Source: Haliotis rufescens
Taxonomy: Eukaryota
NCBI RefSeq assembly: GCF_023055435.1
Contig: NW_025964223.1
Coordinates: 5,022,001-5,086,000, forward strand
Reading direction: 5' to 3'
Length of the DNA stretch: 64,000 bases
Below the pieces are notes generated by a model that saw only the letters and a program-made list of their open reading frames with translations, did not search any database and was not told the origin of the DNA. Shown here piece after piece: positions 38,661-52,503 of the stretch. A program made the translations under genes and the position numbers. Within the stretch, counting starts at the first letter, position 1; each line of letters opens with the position of its first letter.

Positions 38661-41384
38661 TGGTCGTTTTGTTTGTTTAACGCCGCACTCAGCAATATTA
38701 CAGCTATATGACGGCGGCCGCCCACTATGAACTCATTAAGCAATAATCGCTACACCTACACAAACTTATTCTGTTTAGTCCCATTGGCTTCCACCTGTGT
38801 GTTCTCTGTCCATCATACCGTGACAGTATTATCCTTCTGTTGTCATTACTTACTCATGTTATCCCACTCATGTATGCAATTGTTGTTACTGTTAATCCTC
38901 CACCTAATATATATATTCTGTACCATGGTCTTCATTCAGTCTTGCTTGACAACGGTATAAGGATCTATACGGAAACGTCGCCTTTACAGTATTAAAAACG
39001 TTGTTATCCATAAATTGTGTCTACTTTGCCATCCGTCAACTTCTATGTAATACCGATCAAACAATTGATTGTCAATCTGTTAGCATGTCAAACCACATCA
39101 AGTTAAACATATCATTACTGCGATGTCATCAATTAATGTCATGTATTTTACGTTGATCACTATTGTGCAAGCCACTAGCATGGCTGCGTTTCTCACAAAC
39201 CTAAAACAATAATAGGGGTGAATCTGGGATTCAAACGCACGAGCATGGTTCCTGGGAAGCAACTCCACACAACGTACTGTTGCACCTCCCGACAATGTGG
39301 CCACCCGTGTCGCAAAATAGATACTAGAATCAGCTTAGAAAGTGCAAAGATCGAAGATGAAGAGCACTAAGTTCATTCATATCCTGAATTGTCTGTCATA
39401 CTCTGTGAACTACGTGTGTGTGCATATATATATTCGTGCTACACTTGATCTTTTTATAATTTTAGTAGTAGTAGTAGTAGTAGTTGTTGTTGTTGTTGTT
39501 GTTGTTATTGTTTGTTGTTTAACGACGCACTCAGCAATATACTAGCTATATGAAGGATGTAAATAACTGAGTGGTTGATATCGTGAACAACGCCCCACGA
39601 CGTTGATTATGACACGGTTATGAACCAAGTCACCGAGTCTGACCATCCGGGATCAACTTGTCGCCTGTTACAACCAGCAGATCATTTGAAATTGGGAATC
39701 AATAAAGCTAAGCAGACAGTTCACAATAACGTGTCAAAGGAACATAGGATTTGCTTGGACAAAAATAGAATTGTTAATTAGTTTCTTAATTTGTAATCAC
39801 TTAATAGTCAAATTACCTCAAGATTAATCTTTCAGCGCTGTTAAATCCCTGAACATTAAATCCTCAAAACAGCAAGGAGTTTACAGCAATCTGCTCAAGA
39901 ACATAACAACAGGTAATGGCACTTTTGTGTATCGTGTCAACGACAATTACTGGTGATGAAGATATTCATTTGCACATTTAAGTCAACTGCATGTGTTAGA
40001 GAAACGTGTTTAGATTACAAAAAAGGTTTTTATGGCTGCAACTGGTACGCTTATTGACATCCGGTCACGACTTCCACCATGACGTTCGTCATACACAGCC
40101 AGAAGCCTCATCATAAAAGTGTTTATGGTACATTACAGTGTTATTTAGCTTTTGGTGCTTGTAGAGAACAACATGTGCATCCTTCATTAGACAAAAAATG
40201 ACACAACAATACGACACACGATCGCGACAAATCATGTACGTGTTTTATTATAATGGATAATATCACCGAAGGCATATCTTCAAGGGTTAACACGTGGTAA
40301 GTGGATCATAAATCACTTGTAAAACCAAAATCTTTGACCTTTGGCTACAGCATCAGCCGCTGATCGCCACCATCTGGAGCCCACATGATTCATCTCCCAC
40401 GTAGAATAAATTACAGAATCAATACTTAAGCATCAACACCAATTCAAAAAAATATTAATATATTCTTTGAATATCTAAAAGTCAAGAAATCGTTATTAAG
40501 TTTAATTTATTGTCGCATGAACCAGCACAATAAGTACACAAATAAAAGTGACAAAATCATTTCCATAATCTTAAGAAATGAGTCCTCTTCCTGTCTCTGT
40601 TCACCCAGCACAAAATGGGTACTCAGTAGGGTATGAGATGGTAATGTAATTGCAAACCTGCTACAGCCTCATATATCAACTTGGGTGGTATACTTAACAC
40701 AGGTGCGTTACAAATATTCTGAACATTGTTAATAATATTTACAGATTAAAATCTATAAATGCCGCAAAGACAGTTCGGGTGATCCTGGCGCAGTCAGGCT
40801 GCCTAGTCAAACCTAACAAGAAGACTTCAGAGAATTGAGGACTTCCCAACACTGCAGCCTTTTGCATTACCCAGATTGCCATAGGGCTTTGTTCCTGGTC
40901 GCAGACCCGGGTACTCTCCCAATGTCAAACAACGGATGGAGAGGTACCAATCCTAAGGCACAGAGAACAATGGAGAGTCGGACTACCTGGTACATGGGAT
41001 TCAAGCGTGAAATTTCGCAAGCGACGTCCGCATATTGGACACGTTTTCCTGAATCATGTCCATCACATTAGTGACGAAAAAGGACACATAATTCTATGAT
41101 ATAAATGATTTAAGGTCAGGTTTGTTGGTCTGGATGTCTATAATTATCATGTTCCATGATGCCCTCTATATATTCTGGATCTTACCATGGATGGACCTCG
41201 GAGTCAAAACCACAAGCTTGGCGAAGACGGTGATAAAAGGATCGAGCCGCCACTCCATTATGTCACTTAAGATACCGTGTTTGTGCCAAAGCTGGGCATC
41301 CACTGACAATGTGTTGGACAGTCTCATTAAATTCATTGCATAATCAACATTTCATATTTAGATGCAAAAACACACATTGACGGA

Positions 41385-41625
41385 TTTTAGCTGGTGCCTG
41401 GTCCTGAGCAGCAAAAAGAAAGCTTCCTGTTTCAAAATCAACATTGACATTGAGATTATGTCCAACGCCCTGGCTCGTTTAAGAAAACTGTGGAATGCCT
41501 TGTTTTCACCACGAGTCTTGACATGCTTCACAAGAGTATAATCAGACAAAGACACGTATGCAAATGTGAACAATAAAATTCTGCCATGAACAGCATCCAC
41601 TTTAATCAATCGACGCCCTCTCATT
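41385..41625 (-). mobile_element. Fragment of the same R4/Dong-like element as 13300-14505
   Basis: The reverse complement matches ~13310-13470 and ~13665-13700 (GAAAACAAGGC.TTCCACAGTTTTCTTAAACGAG; TTTGCTGCTCAGGACCAG). Confidence 0.75.
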
Positions 41626-41965
41626 ATGAATGGTAAATATATTACAAAGACAATAACAATCTTGAATTGTTCTTAAGCACAACTGACCCATATAACATTT
41701 ATTTACTTATATACTATAATGTACACATATGCGCTGTTTATAACTTATTGTTCTATATTTCTATGAATTTGGAACATATTATACACACATGTAGAAAGCA
41801 TTAAACTAGTATTGTATTCTTAATATGTGATCAAAAAGTCGATCTAATAATGTCATGATAATGAATAATATTTGAGGAAAAACATGAAAAAGCAACTACA
41901 TTGAATCATCAGTGTTTGTAATAATTTTCCTAATCATGAAATATTTTCTACTCGGTTCTACACAG

Positions 41966-43921
41966 ATGAAGATCGCACTCGTCCTCCTGGTCTTGTCTGT
42001 CGTGGTGGCCCTGCCCGGAGCAGATTCCTGGCGAGTAAGAAGAATAGTTCGTGCTGTGGCTAGAACGGCGACAAGGGTTGCCCGTACTGTAGGCAGGGCT
42101 GTTGTTCGTGTCGTCGGTGAGTAGGTTGTTTCATACCATATAACATCAACACAATGTTGGCTAACCGTGCCCACGATAGTCCCCCATTACTCGTCCCCGG
42201 ATGATGCGTTCTGCGCTCATAATTTCAGTCACCGTTTGCCTGGTTCAAACAAGATTATTTACAGGCAGTCCTTATAAAGCTGGAATAATACACACTGGGG
42301 AATTAAACAACATTCAGTTTCACACTGAAGCGGAATCATGTCGTGTCGGGTAGAAATGGTGGTGTAGGAAAGTTGTTTTCTAAAGTCTGTTTTAAAATTA
42401 ATTAGCTACAAATATAATGAAGAAACGATCTCAGGTACAGCTGATGTTGCAGGCATTGTCTCAGGGCTCTCTAGTTTCTAGTTTTTTTCAGCAAGTATCT
42501 TTGAATTATATAAAGTTTGTACATACCTAGGTAAGCGAGATATGACTGTGGGCGACATTGATGATGACGTTGATGTCAGTGACAAGGAGATACTGGAGGC
42601 ATTGGCAACCAGAGACGTGGAGGACCTCATCGAGAACGGCTTCATCTCAGGTAAAGGATGCCAATACCTTCTGGGGGTTACTGTCTCGTTTTGGCGCATA
42701 CACGGGAAAGCGTGGACCAAGCTGTGATAAACTGTCGAATTGGAGTAATATTCAGTTCAGTCAATCATCTCCTCCTGCCATCCATGGCAGACACTTAATT
42801 AATCAGGTGTAAATTCGTCAAGCAATGGTAATACCGTGAATGGTTCTCACTCAATTGGGTTCCAAGAACATATGTCACCCTCATTAAATTTCTTGATTGT
42901 ATTTGTCGAAACAGGAAATGGTATCAACTTTAGCTGTTTGACTGTAATACTTTTAATTTAAAGCCATATATGTTATATCATTTCTGTATTTAAGTTCCTT
43001 AAAGTTAAATTGTTGTAGTCAATGCTTGTAAAACATCACTTCACCTGCCTGATCATATGTTTTTAAAATGTTATTGTTATTATTGTTCATTTTGACCGCA
43101 AAATCGTGAAAACCATGAAATCACATGTAGTCTTCTCCTTTTGTTTAAAGGGGCAGACAATGATGACTTCAGTCTCCACCAACGTCAACGCAGAGAGGAT
43201 TTGGATCACGAGGGAGGTAATGATACAATGATTCAAAGTTTTGAACGAGTCCTCCAAGTACATTAGGATCTTCCGTAAGAGAAGCAGTCTATGCATTCCT
43301 GGTCTAAACTACCTGAACTGAATACTAAGAAAGCCATGGCATGGTACTTAAATATCACAGGTGGTTACATCTACTCAGCCCAACGGTTGCTAGGCATATG
43401 CATTGGAAGGAATCGCATTCTTTTCAGTACAGTAGTGGCATTGATCATGCAGTCAAACACACGGTACATTGGCTTTTGGCGTGTTGAACGTACATGACTC
43501 CTCTGCTGACCTACGATATGGACTACGTATGCTGAGGGCATTCTCGATTGTCCAGTGTATGTCTCCTTTCTACTGGACCAATTTCCCATCCACTGATTCG
43601 TGTCGGAAGTGACGTCACCAACCCCATCGTGTCAATAACCAAGTTTATTCTCTCATTTGTGTCATTGGGTTGGACGACTATTTCTAGAATCGTGTCATTC
43701 TAATTGTTCTGATGATGATATGGAACGTGGCGTATTGGCCAAGAGTATTTATCAAATAATCGACACTCGAGGATGATCTGAGAGGTAAGGGATTGGTATT
43801 TAACTGTGTAGTCAGCAATGTTCCAGCTATATCACGGGGCAACTGGGGATGATAATACGCGACAAACAGGCGGAGATGACATTCATGGATACAGTTCTTA
43901 TCTCCCTTTTTTCCAGAGTGA
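41966..43921 (+). CDS. Peptide gene B1 precursor (113 aa); ORF intact but promoter/exon 1 deleted, possibly silent
   Basis: Exons 41966-42116, 42531-42650, 43151-43216, 43917-43921; AATAAA 43993-43998. Protein: MKIALVLLVLSVVVALPGADS / WRVRRIVRAVARTATRVARTVGRAVVRVV / GKR / DMTVGDIDDDVDVSDKEILEALATRDVEDLIENGFISGADNDDFSLHQRQRREDLDHEGE*. Confidence 0.8.
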
Positions 43922-44351
43922 AGCGTTTCTGAAGACTCCTTGGCACCACCCCATACCCCGGATCCTGTTCGAAATGTGGAATTGATAACATGAATAAAGT
44001 CAGGGCATTATAAACAATGAATTTGTAATTTGTGGTTAATTACCAATGTCGACGTACATTGTACGCAGAGCATCTAAGCAGACTTAGCCACGCGCTGACA
44101 AGAACAAGTGCTCCAGCGTTCACTCCACTGTCAGCGTATTGACGGACGCCTGAGGTTTCCAGTTGACTGCTTCACAATTGAGTAATCTGATTTCTTGGCT
44201 TTTATTCTTATTGTTTAACGCCGCACTCAGCAATATTCCAGCTATACGACAGCTTTCTGTACTAGAATCAGCTTGGAAAGTGCACAGATCGAAGATAAAG
44301 AGCAATAAGTTCATTCTTATCCTGAAATTGTCATACTCTGTGAGCTACGGG

Positions 44352-44358
<7 letters not shown>

Positions 44359-44412
<54 letters not shown>
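44359..44412. repeat. (AT)n microsatellite
   Basis: Seen directly; much shorter at the paralogous sites (~39424, ~62079). Confidence 0.95.
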
Positions 44413-44414
<2 letters not shown>

Positions 44415-47400
44415 GTGCTACGTGTATTAACGTCATTCGGGACAAAATGACAAAAAGGTTAAATGTACCACATAACCTTACAGTATGAGGAACACAAAAG
44501 GACAAAAATGGACATGAGTGATTGAGTGAATGCTTACTGAAAACGTCAACAAAGATTCCACAAGACATAAAGGGCAAAGTAGTGATGGACATTTACGAAT
44601 GGATCACTAAACATCATTGATGTCGATGTTAAAACAAGAAGCGGTGTCGTCACTGATTTTAAGTGATCCATTCATATAATTTGCACCGCTAGTTTGCCTT
44701 TGTCGCCCCATGGAATATGTTTTGGTGGATAATCGAGAATGGTTATTCTCTGGTGTTGACGGGGTTTTTTAATGTAGTCGTCAACTAGTGATGACATTGC
44801 CTTTTTCGCTGATGTTACTCTTTCGGTGTGGGTAATAAAATCTATCGTGTAGAAATAAGAAATTAAGAAAATAATAAGAAATAAATGTTTGCAATGTAGA
44901 GCTAGGTCAACTGTCGATTTAACCGAACTAAATTGAATTTGGAACGGAAAGGGTAGCGTTGGAATCTACTCAGTTCTCGTTTGTCAGTCAGCGGTTTTCC
45001 AATCATTATAACCACATGTGACTAAAACATCTGATTTGACTGCGACCCGTGAAGACTCGGATTAGAATAGGTCTTCAGCAACCCATGCTTGCCGTAAAAG
45101 GCGACTATGCTTGTCGTAAGAGGCGACTAACGGGATCGGGTGGTCAGGCTCGCTGACTTGGTTTGATGCATGTCATCGTATCCCAATTGCATGGATGGAT
45201 GCTCATGATGTCAATCACTGGATTGTCTGGTCGAGACTCGATTATCTACAGACCGCCGTCATATAGCTGGAATATTGCTGAGTGTGGCGTAAATCAACAA
45301 ACAAACAAACAAACTGTTCTGTGTGTATATGAGTTTTCAACATTCTATAATATACAGTTTGGTCGAAAATGTCAAGGAAAACGACCACGATTGCAGATAA
45401 ATATCATTTAGTCTCTGTAGAAAAGAACTGATAAATACACTTTCAGTTGGTACAGATTGTGCATACCAAACATTTCCAAAACCATTATTGGACACAATTT
45501 TTCACATCTGTTATCAGTTTTTCTTTCCATTCGTATCTTAATCATGTTATTTGTCACATTTCTTTGGATATCTCAATGAATTCATTTTCAGGAGTTTCAG
45601 CCAGTACTTTATGACTTTAAGTCTGTGAATATATAAATAGAGGAAATCTACCACATTCTCCATAAACCATTGCGTGAGATGTATTGGTTTTTACACCAAG
45701 AAATCTTTTACATGCATACAATTTTTCGATATAACTAAATTGTTTTATTCCCCATATTTCAGCACCGTAAAGTAAAATTGGTTTAATTTTAACATAACAA
45801 ATCTTAAAGAACTTGTATGACATGCAACGTTTATAACCAAGGACTTTCATATTCTTCAAAATACCAAATAAAATCTTGTTGACGTGGACTGATGCTTCCC
45901 TTGGATGTATAGACCAATTTAGATTTTTACTTCAAAATACTCAAATATTTATAGTATGTAGTTACATTCTTTAACGATTCAACTGTTCACATTCAGTATG
46001 AAACCATTCATTATTGTATTTACTTCTTCCAGCTGGCTTCTTCGTGTCATTTGCCGCGGCACATAATGCATCTGTATTAAACTCTATACTTCTATCAATG
46101 TCACTAAATCTCATATCAACTGTTTCATCAAGTAATCCTTGTATATGATCGGTAATGTTTTCCCTAAATAATTCAAACTTTTTGAAGTACAGTTTTGATC
46201 TGCATGAGTTTTGATTGTTGCCAGTGTTATTTACACGGAAGATGAGGTGACTCTACACGTGGTTAGAAAAGTCATTGGCAAGCTAAAACAGTGCTGCAAA
46301 TGCAATCTTATTATCTAACACCCCTGGGCCGTTTTTCCAAATGAATGTATAATCCCCAATTTCACCGTCAGTTTCTGACCATCCGTTCATGACATGAATG
46401 TTGCATAACGAGCACAACTCTAACAATCATTTACCAAAGTTCTTAACATTTTTATCACTTGTGAAACGATTTCAACTCAAAATTGCGCACATAAAATCCC
46501 AACTTGAGTTGCCTTGCCACAGCCCTTCTATATATTCTATAATGTCATCTTCTACAAAATCAGACCTCGTTCCGGTTCTGGCGTTTTAGTCTCCGCCACA
46601 AATAACGATAGCATCTCTTCATTTTGATGATATGTCCAACAAACTGTTTTGAAACATAGTGATGCCAGACAAAATGTTTTTAATACCATCCCTCGGGATG
46701 GATATATACACATGCATATAATATGTCAAATTGGCGGCCGAGCAAGGCTTTATATTCATGGACTATTTTATATACAAAATATAGTTCGTGTAAGTGACTT
46801 TCACATCCTCTACATCATCAAACCAAGATTCTGTGAACTGTGACTGTGGTGTTTCAAAGAAAAATCTTGATTTCAAATGCCGACTGATGTGGGTACATAT
46901 TTAGAGTAAAGTGATATGTGTCTGCATGGGTTTTCTTTTCCATATGATGCGAACGAATAAAGCATATATGCCTATACAATACACATCTTGTATTTACGAT
47001 CAACCTATATATTACATTTTGCAATATTGCGTCACTGGTTAGATAGCCAACTTCTAAATGTCACTAAAAGATCTTAATCTATAGTTTAATATTATATATA
47101 GGGGCACGTATGTCGGTGAAATTATTCTTTTCATATATTTGCTTTAAGGTACTTTAGTCCAATTGTTACAATGTTTTTATTGTTTACCTGATCAATGTAA
47201 AGTCGTATTATTTATCTTTTACTTAATGATATCAATTACAATCATCTCTTGTGAAATTGTTAGTTTGCCTTTTACAATTACCAATAGTACTCTTTGTTAT
47301 TTCATAAGATTATAAAAGTTTGTGAAATAGTTATGTAACGTGGCTAAATTTGCAAATTTATAAACATGCTTTTCGCTCGAAGGGTACACACCAAAGCTTG

Positions 47401-50400
47401 TCTGTCTTTTTGTGTTAATAAAAGCAACAAAACCCTTTCCATATTCATAAGGCACATTTGTAATTTCAAAAAGGACATGTCTTTGTATATTTTATCAGAT
47501 ATACATTGTCTCTTCACCAATCCATTTCTTGTAAGTAATCTTTCCTGAATATAATATTGTTTAAATCACGTAATTATATCAGCAGGTCATTGGCCTGAGT
47601 AGAACAAATAAAATTTGAAATATCATATTATAATTCACACTGAATCTCACACGCACCATTGTCAGTCCTGTGAAAATCTATTCATCACCACTTGGTGCCT
47701 GTCAAATCAGAGAATACACATCCGTGACCTTCAGCTATACTTACACTACCTTGGTGTCTATGATAGCTTGCAGCTATCATCTGTCGACCACACTTGGCAT
47801 AGTCCACAATGGAGATGGATTTGTGTAGCAGGTAACGTCCAAGATATAATTGATAATATAAATTGAAACAATTAACAAATGATTAATTATTACAAAAGCT
47901 TATTGATAGATTTAATGCAGCTAAAACAGCTTAAATGCAGATGTTAGGCAGCAATCAAACTGTACTGTGTTATGCAAATTGTCTGAGTGGCGGGTGCTAC
48001 TGGTAGAGCAGGTCATGCTTAGCCTTTTCGCGAACTCCTGGTGTCATCACTGACTTTCAGTGATCCATTCATGTCATAATCACCGTTTTGCCATTCACAG
48101 CCAATCAAATCCGTTTTGACAGATATTAGAGACTGATTATTCTCTGGGATTAACATTCTATTTTAAGAGTCTAAGAGCATGTAGATCTATGTAGAAACAT
48201 TTAAACTATGTCTTTACACTTACACCTAGATACTTTTAGAATAGCTTTGCTGTTATTTGCTGATGACGTTGTAATGAGTTCGAGGATTACAAAGTCACAT
48301 AAATTTGCTAGAACAATATCATGCAAAATCGTGTTAAAGTGTTAGCACAAAAACGAGGGTATTTGAAAACGGATGTACTTCAGCAAATCGAGAGCTGGTT
48401 AAACAAAGACAGGGCCATGGGTGTAGTTATAAGCTGGGTCGAGTAAACTGTCCTTGCATTTTCTTTCAATACTATCTAGAACCCTAGCCAATCCAAATAC
48501 TTGTTTGGATACTAAAGAACTTCAGATTTATCGACAGTGTACACTTCAACGTGCTCTTCAAAATCTTTCATCAAAATTTCCAGTTCTTTTATATGGAGCA
48601 GAGGTATTGGGTTTACATTGGTCAGACTTTATCGACAGAGTACATTTATTTAAGAAATAAACGACGAGTTATCGTTTATCGAGTGGTTTATTCTCCCTGC
48701 AGTGTTTAATTGTACGCTAAATAACGACCACCAGTTGTTTGTTTCTAATATGAGGTCATATCAACATTATTTACAGCCTCTTTAAGGATGATGATAAAAT
48801 GTACATTAAATATGTACCCGCATTTTAATAATGATGACTCCCTCAATAGAATCCGACCTCGACAATGTCGGACAAGTCTACTACATGCACAGGTGGATAT
48901 TTCCCGCATACTCTCACAATCACCACGTCGATTACCTGTATCTTTTCTCCCAATACCGATTGCCATATCTCTCCCGCTTTAGGATGTGATCGTCGGGCAT
49001 CTGTTTACCTGCGTTGCCTAGACACATCGATGGGAAACAACTCACTTGGAACTCCCCACTCAAAAATAACCTCGTTCGATATACGATTTCATCAAGTTGC
49101 GAGCGCATGTTCTAATCTGAAGAAATGACGTCATGATAGAACAATGTTTTATCTTGAAATAAACCACACTTCGGTCTTCATTGTGTCTTTGCGATTTATC
49201 GCGTAGCTATCTAATACAAAAGAGTATAAGTTCAGTTATATAGCCATCAGTGTTATGATATGGTTTTTTTTTGTTTAAAGAAAATGGAACGCAAACCTGC
49301 GTTTCGTCTGTTTAAATGTTGGTCAACAAGTAAGATTCGGGATATGCACGGCATAGCCAAACTGTAGATTGTCCAGAAATATACTATATAAATATATTAA
49401 TATATACAATAATATTTATATTAATATCTGTAGGCCAAAGTCAAAATGTAGATTGTCCAGAAATATACTATATAAATATATTAATATATACAATAATATT
49501 TATATTAATATCTGTAAGCCAAAGCCAAAATGTAGATTGTCCAGAAATATGCTATAAAAATATGTAAATATATTAATATGTTCAATTATATTTATATTAA
49601 TATCTGTACTCACAAACATAACACACTTCATGAGGCTATCTACAAAATGTCATTATTTTGTCTCCAATATGTCAACGTTAATTAAATTCGTCTGCAAATA
49701 TCAATGTGTTAATGCACTTAACAGTTTATATATTTCGTGCAATGAAGTTAAGAAATAAGTGGACGTTTGACATAAACAACTAAGCATCATTTCAGTAAAT
49801 CTACTATCCACACATATTTATACTGTATGCCTGTGACCTTTCAGTATTTCTGCAATAAAAACTTTACTTGACATCCAACCGTCAACTTTCCTTTGATAAC
49901 GAAAAACGCGATGTTAAACCCTTTTCACCTCACCTCATCTCACCTCGCCTCACTTCACCTCACCTCACCTCACCTCACCTCACCTTCGCACCTCACCTTA
50001 CCTCCACACCTCACCTCATCTATAATACTAGTAATATAGCAGCAGCTCAAACCTTTGGTTTCTACATATGGCAACTTTGAGGAACAATTAAGTATGTTCT
50101 TTCTACCACGATTTCAAAGATCGTCATACAACTATTGTTCATTTTTTTATCAGTATTCAGGGCCTTACTAAAGCTTTTGAACAGTATTATCGAAGATATC
50201 TTGAGGACATTTCCAGATTTAATGCATCAGTGACATAAAATATGTCCGATGCAATTACCTATTATGACTTGTACCATATGTTCCCTTGGGTTTTGTTCAG
50301 GTGGGCCCCTGCGTTTTCATGTGTTTGTGACGGGTGACACCGGCCGGTTAGGATAGGCTCACATTTTCGCGAGCATCTGGCCTCATCACCATTGGATAGT

Positions 50401-50567
50401 GATTCATAAACAAATTAATTCAGGGTTCATCTCGGTGACACATATGAATCACACTGCCTGTCCCACGCTATGAAGGTATTAACTGAGTCGTCAGATGGCT
50501 TCCCAGATAATGTCAGAAAGATCATTGCATCCGGATATGGTGCGTGTTTCCATCAACACATCCATGC

Positions 50568-50631
50568 TATATATACCCGACATGTACCAGTTCATCCACA
50601 ACATTGTCCACTGATATCCAGAACAGCAAAG
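50568..50631 (+). promoter_or_regulatory. TATA box and non-coding exon 1 of A3
   Basis: GCTATATATACCC; donor GCAAAG|GTAGGT at 50631/50632. Confidence 0.75.
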
Positions 50632-51144
50632 GTAGGTGTCTTTTTATATGAACGTGTATAATATTTATCCTGTTCGTCCTCTGCTATTTCAGTCCAATGC
50701 AAACATGAAATGTACTTCAAGAAAATAATTATGTGTATGTCCAAATTGGTACCTACAGTTGGTCGTGTTTTACCAATATATATTACTGTATATGGCTGTA
50801 GTTGGCTGAGTTGTGGTGTAATAAACTGACATCAAATCAGTGTTATTTACAAGAGTCGGTGTCAACGGAATTTCATTAACTTATTGTCAAAATGATATCA
50901 TAGTGATCCACTGTCAAGTGTTTAATAACAATTAGGCCTAGACGGTATAATTACTGGTCTCTGAGTAAATTACATATTGTGTTTGGAGATGTCAGGATAA
51001 TCTGGTTTTGTTGGATTCGTCCTAATCATAAACTGGTAATTTGGGGACGAGTCATTTTAATGACGTGTTGTTAAATTGCTGGGACAAAGAGCTCACAACT
51101 TTTTAATGGACCATTCCAAAATGATTCCATGTACTCGTACCTAG

Positions 51145-52503
51145 ATGAAGATCGCCCTCGTCCTCCTGTTCCTGACTGCCATGGTGGCCCTGCCCGGAAC
51201 CGATTCCTGGGGTATTCGTTTGCCTCGTTTCAGGAGTATTGTACGTGCAGTTGGAGGTGCCGTCAGACGCGTCGCTTCGAAAGTAGTCTCAACTGTCAAA
51301 AAGGTTGGAGCAGCAATTAAATCCGGTAAGCGCATTTCTCGTGACAAGGAGTATATTGAGAAATTGTTTGAGAGAACGCCATTTGTTATAAAGGTAAATA
51401 TTTGGGGATAGGTGACAACCGGAGTTTATCTCATAGTCCTAGTCAGGCTAGCTAAAATCTAACCACGGTGTGCTTTGTTGGGAAGCCAAAAAATACAAAC
51501 GTCACTATTTTCGTGAACAGGTAAACGAGACGTGAGTGAGTTTGACGTGGACGGCGACGGTCAAGTCAGTGACGACGAGATCATGATGATGCTGGCAACC
51601 AGAGATGTGGATGAGCTTGTCCAGGATGGTTACATCACAGGTAAGGGAGATAACCACTCTCGCGTAGAAGAGTCACGTGCCTTCTTACTTCAAGTACTAC
51701 TCAAATTTAGGGAGGAGTAATTTAAATATATTTTTTTCATCTATGTGAAAGGAAGATATTTTATTTGCATAATAGGCGCAACTGTTTGAATTCCATGGCA
51801 TACAAAGCTATTAGGTGGTCTCGTTGTGGTTCCAGCATCAGACAAGGAAGACATCAGCCTCTACCAGCGTCACGTCCGGGAAGATGCAGACCTCGAGATG
51901 GGTGAGACGTTAAGCCCTACATCATAGTTGTAGAGTCAATATACATACGTTAACATTCAACATGATGGAACATGGTTTCAGTTAAATGTCACATATTAAG
52001 CCATTAACTACTAGTATCTGATTTGAAAATGGGATTGATGTCCATTTACATATATGCATATAACATTTCATTGATCTGTTCGTAAAATGTAAACACGTAA
52101 TGGTATGTCTTAAACACGTGAACATGGAGTGTTACTGATTTTAAGATAAGTCCATTAAAAATGATATCAAACGTATTGACAACATTCCATAACCTTATAC
52201 TTTCACAACAATTTCTAAATGTTTGCTCATTTCTTAAACTGGGCCGATCCTGTGGGACAAAATGAATATACCTAGATAATGCTAAATGCTTTTGAGTCTT
52301 GTTTTGTTATGTTCCTCAAAGATTGTAAATGTTCCAAACGTTGCCTGCAAGTATCAGAAATTCTTTTTCAACCTATATAAATACAATGTCAATCAATACA
52401 CATACACACACTGGTTTATCTCATTAATATCTGTGTAAACTTGATGATTTGTGTACATCCTTTACATAGTATTGACAAATATCTATTATCGGTTTCAGAA
52501 TAA
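51145..52503 (+). CDS. Peptide gene A3 precursor (123 aa)
   Basis: Exons 51145-51325, 51521-51640, 51836-51901, 52499-52503; AATAAA 52572-52577. Mature peptide WGIRLPRFRSIVRAVGGAVRRVASKVVSTVKKVGAAIKS, then GKR, then DVSEFDVDGDGQVSDDEIMMMLATRDVDELVQDGYITASDKEDISLYQRHVREDADLEME*. Confidence 0.88.

Larger units (their letters stand above)
25346..45047 (+). repeat. Segmental tandem duplication unit X (contains A2 and B1)
   Basis: Same order of SINE, LINE fragment, AT-rich repeat, CACCT repeat, A gene, Penelope-like element and B gene as in 45048-62767, with high visible identity. Boundaries are approximate. Confidence 0.85.
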
